A stretch of DNA of 55,689 bases, from positions 1 through 55,689 of IMG/VR virus record IMGVR_UViG_3300049142_000153; one strand, 5' to 3'. A program made the translations under genes and the position numbers. The notes beneath the pieces are model-generated. The model was given only the letters and a program-made list of their open reading frames with translations. It made no database searches and was not told the DNA's origin. This DNA comes from a virus (taxonomy: Duplodnaviria > Caudoviricetes). Below, piece after piece: positions 20,607-30,100 of this stretch. The first letter of the stretch is position 1. Every line of letters starts with the position of its first letter.

Positions 20607-21239
20607 ATGCCCAAGGGCGATAAGTACGGGCAGAACGTTCAATACCCGGTGCTCGCCGATGTGCCGAACATCGAGACTGCACTGTCAACGCTCGTAAACG
20701 CTGTCGTTCCGCTGACCGTGCTCCGTTTCGCCAACGCCAACGCTCGTGCAGCGACGTTGTCCGGAGACGCTAAGCCCGTTCCGGGAATGGTCACGTACCT
20801 AATTGCCGAAGACCGGTGGGAGGGACGGCAGGCTGACGGAACGTGGCTCCTGTTGTCTGACGGTCCGTGGCAACCGTTGACCTACAAAACGGGTTACGCC
20901 GCGAATGGCGGATCTCCGGGATGGCGGAGAAAGGCCGGAGGGGGAATCGAGCTCCGGGGGAGAATCCAGCGGAGCAGCGGCGCAAGCCTGGAGGACGACG
21001 GAACGTTCGTCCCATTCGCATCCGTACCGTCCTCCGTCGCCCCCGCTACTTCCAGGTACTACATAGTGCCGTCGAAGCGAGTCACCACTGACGGCGTCAG
21101 CCGGTATACGGCACGCATCGAAGTCCAGAGTGACGGAGTGATGACCTACACCGTCGAAAGCGGGGGCGGCATCAGCTCGTCCGGTTCCCCGGGATGGTTC
21201 GGCCTCGACGGCGTCATGTTCTCGCCCGCCGGCGACTAA
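20607..21239 (+). CDS. Minor tail protein
   Basis: FANANAR.A...P.PGM.TY motif; AAGGAG RBS. Confidence 0.7.
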   Translation: MPKGDKYGQNVQYPVLADVPNIETALSTLVNAVVPLTVLRFANANARAATLSGDAKPVPGMVTYLIAEDRWEGRQADGTWLLLSDGPWQPLTYKTGYAANGGSPGWRRKAGGGIELRGRIQRSSGASLEDDGTFVPFASVPSSVAPATSRYYIVPSKRVTTDGVSRYTARIEVQSDGVMTYTVESGGGISSSGSPGWFGLDGVMFSPAGD

Positions 21240-21260
21240 CCCACACCACAAGACATTCAC

Positions 21261-21283
21261 GCCCCGTAGTGACGGGGCTTTTT
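21261..21283 (+). terminator. Intrinsic terminator
   Basis: gccccgt-agtg-acggggc followed by TTTTT. Confidence 0.8.
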
Positions 21284-21305
21284 CATGCCCTGGAGGGGAT
21301 CACGC

Positions 21306-22211
21306 ATGGGTGAGATCTGGATCAAGGAAGCGGAACGACTCGGGGACGGCAGCATCGGGGGAGCGATGGACACGCCGTCGAACCCGGGTCGCGTCGTCTG
21401 GCACACCACGGAGAGCGGGCAGGGTGACGCCTCGTTCAACGCCGTCGGGAAGTACCTGATCAGCATCGGAGCAGAGCCGCACATCCTCTACGACCCGAGC
21501 ACTGACCGGCTCGCGCAGTACGGCCCGCTGAACGAGTCGGCCCGCGCGCTGAAGAACGACGGGACGACGAGGACGAACCGCACGGGGAAGGTCTGCATTC
21601 AGATCGAAGTTCTCGGGCGAGCAGGCTCCCCGTTCACGCGGACCTGGAAGCCGGGCCCGAACTTCAAGGCCCTGATGCGCGCCATCCGTTCGTGGGGCGT
21701 CCCCGACGTCTTCCCCATGGGCGCCCTGGCCACGCAGTACGGCGACAGCAACGCGAAGCGTACCCGCTCGACGTGGCTGACGAAGGGTGGCCATTACGGG
21801 CACTGCAACATTCCGGGCAACGACCACTGGGACCCGGGCAACATCTCGCCGGCCGTTCTGTTCGCTGCGGCTCCGAAGGCTCCTGCGACTCCCTCGACGC
21901 CGAAGCCGTCCACGCCGGCTAAGCCTGTCGTCTCCGTTGCCCACCTCAACGCCGCTCGCGCGAAGGACATGCCGGCGACGACCGGCCACACGACCTACCC
22001 GACGGAGGTCAAGGTCGTCGAGGCTGCGCTGAAGGCGGAAGGGCTCCTGACGTCGAAGTACGTCGACGGCTCGTGGGGGACGCTGACGCAGGAGGCGTAT
22101 GACGACTTCCGCCGGAAGGTCGGATACAAGGGTTCGTCCGCGACGGGTGCCGTCGGTCTGGAGTCCCTGAAGAAGCTCGCTGCTCGCCGTGGCTTCACGG
22201 CGAAGGCGTGA
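21306..22211 (+). CDS. Endolysin (amidase-2-like, C-terminal peptidoglycan-binding domain)
   Basis: VWHTTE, QIEV, GHCNIPGNDHWDPG; Pro/Thr linker; VDGSWG. Confidence 0.88.
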   Translation: MGEIWIKEAERLGDGSIGGAMDTPSNPGRVVWHTTESGQGDASFNAVGKYLISIGAEPHILYDPSTDRLAQYGPLNESARALKNDGTTRTNRTGKVCIQIEVLGRAGSPFTRTWKPGPNFKALMRAIRSWGVPDVFPMGALATQYGDSNAKRTRSTWLTKGGHYGHCNIPGNDHWDPGNISPAVLFAAAPKAPATPSTPKPSTPAKPVVSVAHLNAARAKDMPATTGHTTYPTEVKVVEAALKAEGLLTSKYVDGSWGTLTQEAYDDFRRKVGYKGSSATGAVGLESLKKLAARRGFTAKA

Positions 22212-22510
22212 GTACCGAAGTCCTGGTTGCTCTGATCACGGCTGCGTCAGTCATTGGCGCAGCCGTGCTCACGGCTTTCCCCGCACTGCGTGCCCTTCAG
22301 CGGCACACAGCGGGAGCCGTGGAGGAGCAAGGGACCGCCACCAGAGAGCAACTCGCCGCACTGGGCGACGTGCTGAACACGCGCATTGACGATGTGCGCG
22401 ACGACCTTGACGACGTCCGTGAGGGCGTTGCCCGCGTCCGGGAGTGGCAGGCCGGCCACGACGCCGAACACCTCCTCCTAGGACGTCCGCAGAGAGGCGA
22501 CTCCGCATGA
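22208..22510 (+). CDS. Membrane protein with coiled coil (lysis-associated, holin-like)
   Basis: N-terminal TM segment; overlaps endolysin stop. Confidence 0.6.
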   Translation: MSTEVLVALITAASVIGAAVLTAFPALRALQRHTAGAVEEQGTATREQLAALGDVLNTRIDDVRDDLDDVREGVARVREWQAGHDAEHLLLGRPQRGDSA

Positions 22511-24891
22511 CCATGCCCGCAGGCATTGCAACCGTGACCCTGACGGGTCGATACATCCGCCCTGACGGGACGCCGTTCTCCGGGACCGTCTCCTTCTCCG
22601 CCCCTGACTACGTCCGGCTCTCCGGCGCCGACGCGACGGCAGGCGGGTCGATCACCGTCACGCTCGACGTGACTGGCGCCTTCTCCGTCGTTCTGATCGC
22701 GACGGACAACGTGGACGCGCGGCCCACGAACTTTACGTACAGCGTGACGGAATCGCTTACCGGTGCGGCCTCCCGGACGTACTACATAGCCCTTCCGAAG
22801 GCGACGGGCACCGTCAATCTCGCCGACATCGCCCCCGCCACGCAGAGCGACGGAGAGTTCCTCCTCGTCGCCGGACCCGCGGGGAAGACGATCCTGAGCG
22901 GGACGGCTGCGCCCACGTCGGCCGACGGCACGGACGGCGACTACTGGCTCGACAACGCCGCGTGGACGATCTACGGCCCGAAGGCGTCCGGCACGTGGCC
23001 CGCGGGTCACTCGCTCGGTTCCGGAGGCGCCGTATCAAGCGTCGCGGGGAGGACGGGAGCGGTCGTCCTGGCCGTCGCTGACGTCTCCGGTGCGGCCTCG
23101 ACGACGAGCCTGACGACTGCAATCAGCGGCGAAGTGACGCGCGCCGACGGCAAGTACCTCGCGAAGGAGGGCAACCTCGCCGACCTGACGGACCCGGCGT
23201 CGGCTCGTTCGAACCTGGGGGTCACGCCGGCCGCGATCGGCGCCCTGACCCCTGCCACGGCCGCGAGCACCTACGCCACCCTGGCTAAGGCTGACACGGG
23301 CGACTGGGTATTCAACGTCAAGGCTGCCGCGTACGGCGCTAAGGGCGACGGCCAGGTGAAGGCAGACGGCGCCATGACCTCCGGGTCCGCGGTCCTCACG
23401 TGCGCCACGTCAACGCCGTTCACCTCCGCGGACGTCGGGAAGAAGATCATGGTGAAGGGGGCGGGCGCGACTGGCGTCACGACCCTCGTCGCCACGATCA
23501 GCACCTTCACCGACTCCGGGCACGTCACCCTGTCCGTCAACGCCGCGACGACAGTGACGAACGCCGTGGTCATGTGGGCGACCGACGACACGACAGCGAT
23601 CCAGAACGCCATCAACGACGCCGTCACGTGGGCGCAGGCCAACGGCGGAGCGGCTCGCGTCTTCATCCCCGCATCGACGGGCTTCTACGGCATCGGAGGG
23701 GCACTAGTCACTGGCGGCTCGACGAAGGGCAACGCGCAGCTGACGATCCCGGTCGTCGCCTCGACGGGCCGGAAGGTCGTCCTGACGATCGAAGGCGCGA
23801 CGAACGGGGCTGCACTCCAGCACTGGGAGCAGACGGTTCCGCAGACGTCCGGCTCGACGCTGGTGTCCTTCGGCGTCCACGCCTCCGTCAGTGCGCAGAA
23901 CACATCCATCAGCGCGAACGGCAACGGGTGCGTCCTCGGAGGCCCCGCTCAGCCTGGAGGCTACGGCGTCGCTCCCGGTACGTTCTCCAACATGCTCGTC
24001 ACGCTGCGGGGACTCAACATCCTGACGGCGTACTCGCTGTACGGACTGACGTACACCGCCTTCGACTTCTCCGGTATCGCCAACGCCCACGTGGAGGACG
24101 TGGCATACGGAGCGGCGGGCGTAGTCCCCGCGAACGACTTCGCGTCGGTCAACCAGTTCGCGAACGGCCTCAGCATCGGCGCCCTGATGCCGGCGAACGG
24201 GAACAATGACTACTGCGTAGTCCGAAACCTGACGTGCCACGGTGGCTACACCTACGCGTTCTATGCCACTGAGCATACGACGTTGCTCGACTCCCGCATC
24301 CTCTACTCGTGGGCGGGGCTCTGCGTCGTCGGCATCTACTTCGGCTCCGTCGGAGCGACGCACGCGATCAAGGTTGCTCAGATCAGCGTCGAAGCGTGCA
24401 CGCACAACGTGATGATCGTGGGCGTGGGAAGCGGCGGCATCGGTCCCTTCCTCGACATCGATCAGCTCGACACTGAAACGTCCACTCCCTCGTTCACCGA
24501 CACGACGTCGGGCACTGGACTTGCGGCAGCCCGCGGGACGGTCAAGCTCACGGGCCTCTATACCGTCGCGAACCTGACGACGGGCGGGAAGCCGACCGGA
24601 CTGGACATCGTCGACGGTCAGAACCCGTTGGGTGTCCGGGCACTGAGCGCCGCAGCGACGGCACGGCTCACGGACCGGTACCTGATCTGTAACACGGCTT
24701 CTGCCTTCACGGTGACGCTGGCCAGTGCGGGGAACGTGTCACTCAAGCAGACGTTCCGGAACACTGGAGCGAACACCTTGACCCTCGCGGCTGCTGGCTC
24801 GGAGACCATCGACGGCAGTGCGACGAAGACGGTTGCGGCTGGAGCGTCGGTGACGGTCGTCCCGTCGGGCGGTAACTGGGTCTCGCTGTAA
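22507..24891 (+). CDS. Tail fibre/spike with pectate-lyase-like beta-helix
   Basis: VSSVAGRTGAVVL, YGAKGDG and DDTTAIQNAI motifs; Gly/Thr/Ala rich. Confidence 0.75.
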   Translation: MTMPAGIATVTLTGRYIRPDGTPFSGTVSFSAPDYVRLSGADATAGGSITVTLDVTGAFSVVLIATDNVDARPTNFTYSVTESLTGAASRTYYIALPKATGTVNLADIAPATQSDGEFLLVAGPAGKTILSGTAAPTSADGTDGDYWLDNAAWTIYGPKASGTWPAGHSLGSGGAVSSVAGRTGAVVLAVADVSGAASTTSLTTAISGEVTRADGKYLAKEGNLADLTDPASARSNLGVTPAAIGALTPATAASTYATLAKADTGDWVFNVKAAAYGAKGDGQVKADGAMTSGSAVLTCATSTPFTSADVGKKIMVKGAGATGVTTLVATISTFTDSGHVTLSVNAATTVTNAVVMWATDDTTAIQNAINDAVTWAQANGGAARVFIPASTGFYGIGGALVTGGSTKGNAQLTIPVVASTGRKVVLTIEGATNGAALQHWEQTVPQTSGSTLVSFGVHASVSAQNTSISANGNGCVLGGPAQPGGYGVAPGTFSNMLVTLRGLNILTAYSLYGLTYTAFDFSGIANAHVEDVAYGAAGVVPANDFASVNQFANGLSIGALMPANGNNDYCVVRNLTCHGGYTYAFYATEHTTLLDSRILYSWAGLCVVGIYFGSVGATHAIKVAQISVEACTHNVMIVGVGSGGIGPFLDIDQLDTETSTPSFTDTTSGTGLAAARGTVKLTGLYTVANLTTGGKPTGLDIVDGQNPLGVRALSAAATARLTDRYLICNTASAFTVTLASAGNVSLKQTFRNTGANTLTLAAAGSETIDGSATKTVAAGASVTVVPSGGNWVSL

Positions 24892-24907
24892 GAAGTTCCT
24901 CCCTCCA

Positions 24908-24937
24908 CCTCACATCGCCCTCGAATTACGACACAAC
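24908..24937 (+). promoter_or_regulatory. Bipartite motif CCTCACA-N10-ATTACGACACAAC (copy 1, before dNMP kinase)
   Basis: One of four copies with identical spacing, all intergenic and upstream of a gene. Confidence 0.7.
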
Positions 24938-24967
24938 CCCTCTGTAACCAGCAGAGGGGATAGGGAC

Positions 24968-25555
24968 GTGAACGTAGGCATCATCGGTCGCGCGAGGGTC
25001 GGCAAGGACACGGCCGGCAAGTGGTTCGTCGACGGGCGGGGCTACCGGCGCGTGGCATTCGCGGATGCCCTGAAGGCGGCTGCGCTGGATGTGAACCCGA
25101 TTGTCGGCACAGACGAAGACGACTTGGTCAGTGAAGGTGAGCGCCTGGCCGACGTCTTGGAGTTCTGGGGGCCGGAGCGGGCGAAGGATGTGCCCGAGGT
25201 GCGCCGCCTCTACCAAGAGTTCGGACGCTCCATGCGCGCCGTGGACCCGGACATCTGGATCCGGCCAGTTCTCGCGAAGGCGATCGAGGCCAACGACGCG
25301 GGCGTCCCGGTCGTCGTCACTGACGTCCGGTACCCGAACGAGGTCGAGAGCCTGAAGCGCGCAGGGTTCCGACTCCTCCACATCAACCGTCCCGGCGTCC
25401 CGCTGCTCGACCACGAGTCGGAGCAGTTGGGGCCCGAGTCGGCTCACTACCTCGTGCAGAACGACGGCGACCTTGCCCACTTGGGCAAGCAGCTCGAACG
25501 GATCTGGGACGAGATTCACGCCCTGGAGTCCGCCCGCATGGCCCTGAAGTTCTAA
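24968..25555 (+). CDS. Deoxynucleoside monophosphate kinase
   Basis: GRARVGKDT, FADALK, VTDVRYPNE and HESE motifs. Confidence 0.9.
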   Translation: MNVGIIGRARVGKDTAGKWFVDGRGYRRVAFADALKAAALDVNPIVGTDEDDLVSEGERLADVLEFWGPERAKDVPEVRRLYQEFGRSMRAVDPDIWIRPVLAKAIEANDAGVPVVVTDVRYPNEVESLKRAGFRLLHINRPGVPLLDHESEQLGPESAHYLVQNDGDLAHLGKQLERIWDEIHALESARMALKF

Positions 25556-25568
25556 CCGAAAGGCACTC

Positions 25569-25814
25569 ATGGACCTGTACGCCCTGAAGATGTACCTCCA
25601 CGCCCTCACCCTCCGCGCGAAAACAGCCCTCCAGGACTTCGCCTCGACGGAGCCTGTCCGCCTGCGGGCTCTCCTGACGTCGGCAGTCCTTGCACTGGCG
25701 GTCGTCTTCCCCGCCATCGACGCGGGGACGGCTGAGACGATCGGCGCTGTGGGTGTCGTCGCCCTGCCGCTACTCGTCGGTGAGAGTGCGCGACGGAAGG
25801 TTACCCCCGCCTAA
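25569..25814 (+). CDS. Two-TM holin-like membrane protein
   Basis: EPVR..., two hydrophobic segments, C-terminal RRKVTP. Confidence 0.65.
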   Translation: MDLYALKMYLHALTLRAKTALQDFASTEPVRLRALLTSAVLALAVVFPAIDAGTAETIGAVGVVALPLLVGESARRKVTPA

Positions 25815-25906
25815 CCTAAGTTGGTGTGACCCTCACCACAAACAAACCGCGTTGACCGGTTACTAGCGGTTACTGAAACCTCAAGAACCTCGACGCCACA
25901 GGACAG

Positions 25907-25943
25907 AAAGCCCCGTCTCCCTCTCCGGGAGGCGGGGCTTTTT
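25907..25943 (+). terminator. Intrinsic terminator at end of late region
   Basis: aaagccccgtctccc/gggaggcggggcttttt. Confidence 0.85.
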
Positions 25944-26025
25944 GCGTTTCCAGGGGTAGGAAACCGTCACGGATGGGCCGATTCCTGTCGGGTGTGGCGG
26001 TCGACGCAGACCCTATACTCCGCGC

Positions 26026-26643
26026 ATGCCGACCTCACCCGGCCCGCTACTGGACGCGCTCAACGCTCTATGGGAGCGATTGCGCTCGGAGGTACCGGAC
26101 CTACCCCCCATACGGCCCACTGTCTCCCCGACGTCGCGTATGTACGACCACGGCCCGGAGAGATGGGGGCTGGACGACGGCGTTGTCACGGGACTCGTCG
26201 TCAACGCCGACGTCCTGACGCAAGGTGCTGAGACCTTCATCGTCACCGTCCTCCACGACGCTGCACACATCCTCAACTGGAGAAGAGAGGTCAAGGATCT
26301 CACCGCGCGGGGCTCGTACCACAACCAAAGTTTCCTCACGACTGCGCAAGAAATAGGTCTGGAGTGGGAGGAGGGCGCGGAGAGATCAGGGAGCCGCGGG
26401 TACGACAGCTTCGTCCTGAGCGACGCAGCTCGACGCCGACACGCACCCGACTTGGAGGCGCTGGAGCGGGCAATCCCACTGACGTTGCCGCACCTGGCAC
26501 TGCCGACGACGAAGTCCCGCATTGACCGCCTGACCTTACGGTGCAAGTGCACCCCGGCGCGAAGCTTCCGCATCTCACAGACCGTCGCTGCCGCAGGGCC
26601 GATCATCTGTGGTGTCTGCGGGAAGCCGTTCACGGAAGAGTGA
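26026..26643 (+). CDS. SprT-like zinc metalloprotease-family protein (HDAAH variant) with C-terminal Zn ribbon
   Basis: TVLHDAAH...YHNQSF...EIGL, CKC...CGVC; TATACT 6 nt before ATG (leaderless). Confidence 0.7.
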   Translation: MPTSPGPLLDALNALWERLRSEVPDLPPIRPTVSPTSRMYDHGPERWGLDDGVVTGLVVNADVLTQGAETFIVTVLHDAAHILNWRREVKDLTARGSYHNQSFLTTAQEIGLEWEEGAERSGSRGYDSFVLSDAARRRHAPDLEALERAIPLTLPHLALPTTKSRIDRLTLRCKCTPARSFRISQTVAAAGPIICGVCGKPFTEE

Positions 26644-26674
26644 TCATGCGCCGCTGACTTGTTGTAGGGTCTGC

Positions 26675-26696
26675 CAACGTCAAACGTTTTGCGCTA
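26675..26696 (-). promoter_or_regulatory. 22-bp operator copy upstream of the repressor (inverted orientation)
   Basis: Reverse complement is TAGCGCAAAACGTTTGACGTTG. Confidence 0.75.
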
Positions 26697-26742
26697 CTCT
26701 CCAAAAGTCAGCGGCGCTCCCACTTCGAGAGGTACCGGTCAG

Positions 26743-27522
26743 ATGAGCTCCAGCGAGGTTGCCCGACGATCACAGGGCGAGGCTGCGCGCGTCGACGTCA
26801 ATGACCCGCGTCCGCTGGAGCTCGACCACATCAAGGACGAGGCGGAGGAGATGCTCCTCGCCCGTGGTGCCGCGTACGCGAAAGAGTGGGGGCGGGTCGA
26901 GCAGCACCCGACGATCCTCTTGAAGAACATCGCAATTGTGATCCTGGCACTGCGACGTCAGCACGACGACTGGCTAGGCCGTGACGGCGAGTACCGGAAA
27001 GCCATCAATGAGATGTACCGTCGCGCCGGAGTCGACGAGGACCGCATTAAGACAGCCGTCCGGTACCACGTCAACAACGCACTGCGCTCCACCCTGACCC
27101 CGCGACAGCTGAAGCGGCTCGGGCTCATCCCTGAGTCCGCTCTAGAACGTCAGCAGGACACCCGGGCGACGAACCAGGCGATCATCAACGCAACGAAGGT
27201 AGTTGCTGCCGTCGAGGCAGGCCCGGTCCAAGAGGTCACCACGCCGGCAAAGAAGACGGCCGCGTCGAAGCGCACGCCGAAGGGTGAGGTGCGGGAGACG
27301 GTCGTCGAGCAGCGCTCACCCGGGTCGAGGGTGAAGGCGACCGCGGATCAACTCCGTCTAGCGGAGGTTGCGGGCGGTATCGTGACGCAGTTGCGGCCCG
27401 ACATCATCGACGTCGACATGACCGACGGGCAGCGTGCCAAACTCGACGAGCACCTGAAGGGCATCGAAAGTCAGGTCCGGGCACTGCGTAAGCACCTGAA
27501 AACCTCCAGGTCAGGCGCCTGA
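26743..27522 (+). CDS. Putative immunity repressor (phiC31 c-like C-terminal domain)
   Basis: IA.V.L.LR...D......Y...I.E.Y..A...AVRYHV resembles the phiC31-family repressor as recalled; sits between late and early regions with an operator upstream. Confidence 0.65.
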   Translation: MSSSEVARRSQGEAARVDVNDPRPLELDHIKDEAEEMLLARGAAYAKEWGRVEQHPTILLKNIAIVILALRRQHDDWLGRDGEYRKAINEMYRRAGVDEDRIKTAVRYHVNNALRSTLTPRQLKRLGLIPESALERQQDTRATNQAIINATKVVAAVEAGPVQEVTTPAKKTAASKRTPKGEVRETVVEQRSPGSRVKATADQLRLAEVAGGIVTQLRPDIIDVDMTDGQRAKLDEHLKGIESQVRALRKHLKTSRSGA

Positions 27523-27575
27523 CCACTCCTCCACGTCGGCCGGCGTCCTCGTCCTCCAGCTGGTCCAACTGGCCA

Positions 27576-27640
27576 AACTAACCCCTAATTTCCCTTCTCT
27601 ACTACGCGCGTTAGAGAGGGTTGGAAAATAGGGGTTAGTT
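27576..27640. repeat. AT-rich long imperfect inverted repeat (candidate origin)
   Basis: Perfect 12-bp arms aactaaccccta/taggggttagtt plus inner pairing around ctacgcgcgt. Confidence 0.65.
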
Positions 27641-27698
27641 CGCGTTTTTGTCCGAGGTCTGGCCGCCGGGGACGAGGCGGAAGATCTTCGACGAGGAG

Positions 27699-27728
27699 CC
27701 TCACAACTGCCCGGCATTACGACATAAC
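27699..27728 (+). promoter_or_regulatory. Bipartite motif copy 2 (before exonuclease)
   Basis: CCTCACA-actgcccggc-ATTACGACATAAC. Confidence 0.7.
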
Positions 27729-27762
27729 CCATGTGTCAGCAGCGAACGACACTGGAGGTCGC

Positions 27763-28566
27763 ATGGCCGGAGTATCGACAATCAAGCGCGGTGGGTCCCG
27801 CTTCTACATCGACCCAGAGGACGGGGACATCAAGGTCCCGGGCGTGACGAGCGTCGGGGGCATGCTCCCGAAGGATTTCCTGACGTTCTGGGCGGCGAAG
27901 GAGGCCGCGGAGGCTGCGGTCCACAACTGGGACCTGGTCTCTCAGCTCGTCGAGCGTGACCCCGCCGGCGCCATCGACTACCTGAAGAACGCGCACCGCC
28001 GGAAGAGCAAGGCGGCGTCGGATCTAGGATCCGCGGCTCACGACTACTTCGAGCGCCTGGCGCGCGGGGAAGTCATCAACGACAGGCACTTGCACGTCGA
28101 CGTCAAGCCTCACGTCCGCTGGTTCCGAGAGTTCCTTCAGGAGATCCAGCCGGAGTTCCTGTACCTGGAGGAGACGGTGTGGTCGGACACGCACCGGTAC
28201 GCTGGCAGCTTCGATGCCATTGCCAAGGTGGACGGGGAGGTTGTCTGCCTGGACTGGAAGACGAGCAAGAGCGTTTACGACTCCGTAGCGCTCCAGCTGT
28301 CCGCCTATCGCTACGCCGACCGCATCATCCTGGCGGAGTCCGGGGAGAGCGTCGACGTCCCGGAGATGGCCGGAGGCGCGGTTCTCCACGTGAGACCAGA
28401 GGGGTGGCAGTTCGTTCCGGTGAAGTGCGACGAGGAGATCTACGCGACCTTCCTCCACCTCCGCGGCGTCTTCGACTGGGAGGCGGGCGGTAAGAAGAAG
28501 GTCGTCGGCCGGCCCATCGCGAGTGGTGGCGAGCTCGTCACGGGGACTCAAAGGCGTGCGGCGTGA
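27763..28566 (+). CDS. PD-(D/E)XK exonuclease
   Basis: PGVTSV, LGSAAH, YAGSFD...DWKT...QLSAY motifs. Confidence 0.85.
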   Translation: MAGVSTIKRGGSRFYIDPEDGDIKVPGVTSVGGMLPKDFLTFWAAKEAAEAAVHNWDLVSQLVERDPAGAIDYLKNAHRRKSKAASDLGSAAHDYFERLARGEVINDRHLHVDVKPHVRWFREFLQEIQPEFLYLEETVWSDTHRYAGSFDAIAKVDGEVVCLDWKTSKSVYDSVALQLSAYRYADRIILAESGESVDVPEMAGGAVLHVRPEGWQFVPVKCDEEIYATFLHLRGVFDWEAGGKKKVVGRPIASGGELVTGTQRRAA

Positions 28567-29168
28567 GTACGACCTACACGCCGATTCCCGGCGACGCGGT
28601 CCTGATGGAGGGTGAGGATCCCGTCCGGATGCGGCTTGCTCTTCCTGGGGACCGCACCGTAGAGATTCCCGCATACGTCTGGCACGGACTGAAGCAGCAC
28701 ATCCGGGACGTGGACCCTATCCGCGCGGAGCTGAAGCGCTCCCTCGACGACGCCCTCACGGAGATACAGCGTCTCTCCAACGACCGCGATCACTGGGAGC
28801 AGGAGGCGGCGAACTGGAAGCGCGCGGCTGACTCCCCGTTCCGTCAGGGGCTCGACTGCTCGCCGGCGAATGTGGAGGCCCTGAGCAACGCTGTGCATCG
28901 CCTGGAGCGTGAGCGGGACGAGGCCGCCGAACAGGTCGCGCTGTGGAAGGCCCTTGCCGAACGCCAGGACAACACCGCCCCGATCCGCACGGAGCTGAGC
29001 AGCGTGAAGCGGGAGCGAGACAGCTGGCGGCGTAAGTACGAGGGCGCACAGGCCAACGCGGAGTACATCCGAGAGCAGTACGGGCCCCCGGACGAGGTTG
29101 CGCAGATGAAGGCGGCCATCGTGCGCCAGGCGAGAGAGATCTCCCTACTGAGTGGAGAGAGCGAGTGA
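28563..29168 (+). CDS. Hypothetical coiled-coil protein
   Basis: GTGA-coupled ORF. Confidence 0.65.
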   Translation: MSTTYTPIPGDAVLMEGEDPVRMRLALPGDRTVEIPAYVWHGLKQHIRDVDPIRAELKRSLDDALTEIQRLSNDRDHWEQEAANWKRAADSPFRQGLDCSPANVEALSNAVHRLERERDEAAEQVALWKALAERQDNTAPIRTELSSVKRERDSWRRKYEGAQANAEYIREQYGPPDEVAQMKAAIVRQAREISLLSGESE

Positions 29169-29446
29169 CGGCACTCGAACGGGCGCGGGAGTACTGGGAA
29201 CGTATCGATGCCAGTCCAGGACCGAGAGACCTCGTCAACCTGATGGGGACCGTCGGGGCCCTTCTCAATGCGATGGAGGAGGGGCCGTCGATGCCTATGT
29301 CCCGCGTCGCCGCCCTGAAGCTAGCCTGCGAGCACGTCGAGGCCATGAGCACGAACTCTCGCGGCTTCCAGGACGGCGTGAAGATGCACGACAAGGTTCA
29401 GGCAACGGAGCGCTTCGCGCGCTTCCTGATGGGGGAGAGCGGATGA
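29165..29446 (+). CDS. Hypothetical protein
   Basis: GTGA-coupled ORF. Confidence 0.65.
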   Translation: MTALERAREYWERIDASPGPRDLVNLMGTVGALLNAMEEGPSMPMSRVAALKLACEHVEAMSTNSRGFQDGVKMHDKVQATERFARFLMGESG

Positions 29447-29706
29447 CTCACAGCACGCCGACGACCGCTGCGGAGTTCCGGAAGGCTGCGCAGGAGGAGC
29501 GGCAGAGGGCGGAGTTTCAGCGGCACTTCACGCGGCTCGTGAGCGCACTCGCCATGCTGCCGCTCGTCTCCTACGTCCTGATGCTCGCGGCCGGCGCAGC
29601 GCACGGAGTGGTGGACGAGGTTCCGCCTCTCGGCTACGGCGCGACACTGCTCCTCGTCTTGGGGGCCGACGCGCTTTCCCTCGTCGCGAAGAAGTTCCGC
29701 AAGTAA
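29443..29706 (+). CDS. Two-TM membrane protein
   Basis: ATGA-coupled; two hydrophobic segments. Confidence 0.65.
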   Translation: MTHSTPTTAAEFRKAAQEERQRAEFQRHFTRLVSALAMLPLVSYVLMLAAGAAHGVVDEVPPLGYGATLLLVLGADALSLVAKKFRK

Positions 29707-29770
29707 CGCCAGTCACTCACGCGGGGCGTCCACATCGGGCGCCCCGCTTCGCATGCACGAGGAGAGCACC

Positions 29771-29962
29771 GTGAAACGTTTTGCGATCCTGGCCCCGATC
29801 ATCGCGGCCTCGTTCCTCCTGACCGCCTGCGCAGCGGGTGACGACTCGTCCCCGTCGACGTGCTACGAGATCGACGTCCACCACCCGTCGACAAAGAAGA
29901 CGAACACCTCGAAGCCGAAGGCGCCGGCCTACAAGGCTCCCTCGAAGAAGCGGAGGCGCTGA
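29771..29962 (+). CDS. Small putative lipoprotein
   Basis: MKRFAIL...LLTA-C lipobox; Lys-rich tail; GAGGAG RBS. Confidence 0.65.
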   Translation: MKRFAILAPIIAASFLLTACAAGDDSSPSTCYEIDVHHPSTKKTNTSKPKAPAYKAPSKKRRR

Positions 29963-30100
29963 CGTGGAGGGTGCGGCGGTGGTTTTCGTGGTCGTGATTC
30001 TGCTGCTTCTGGCGTCGAGTCATAAGGAGAAGTGACGCATGGAGCTGATCGCCCTGATCGTCGGACTAATCATCGGCTTCGGCATCGCGGAGGCCCGCGC

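Noticed and set aside
25815-25906. attP or small RNA (cggttact direct repeats, TTGACC)
   Set aside because: No integrase nearby, no properly spaced -10, and no convincing structure
27763-28566. Exonuclease as CRISPR Cas4
   Set aside because: No Fe-S cysteine set and no cas context; it is an ordinary phage PD-(D/E)XK nuclease
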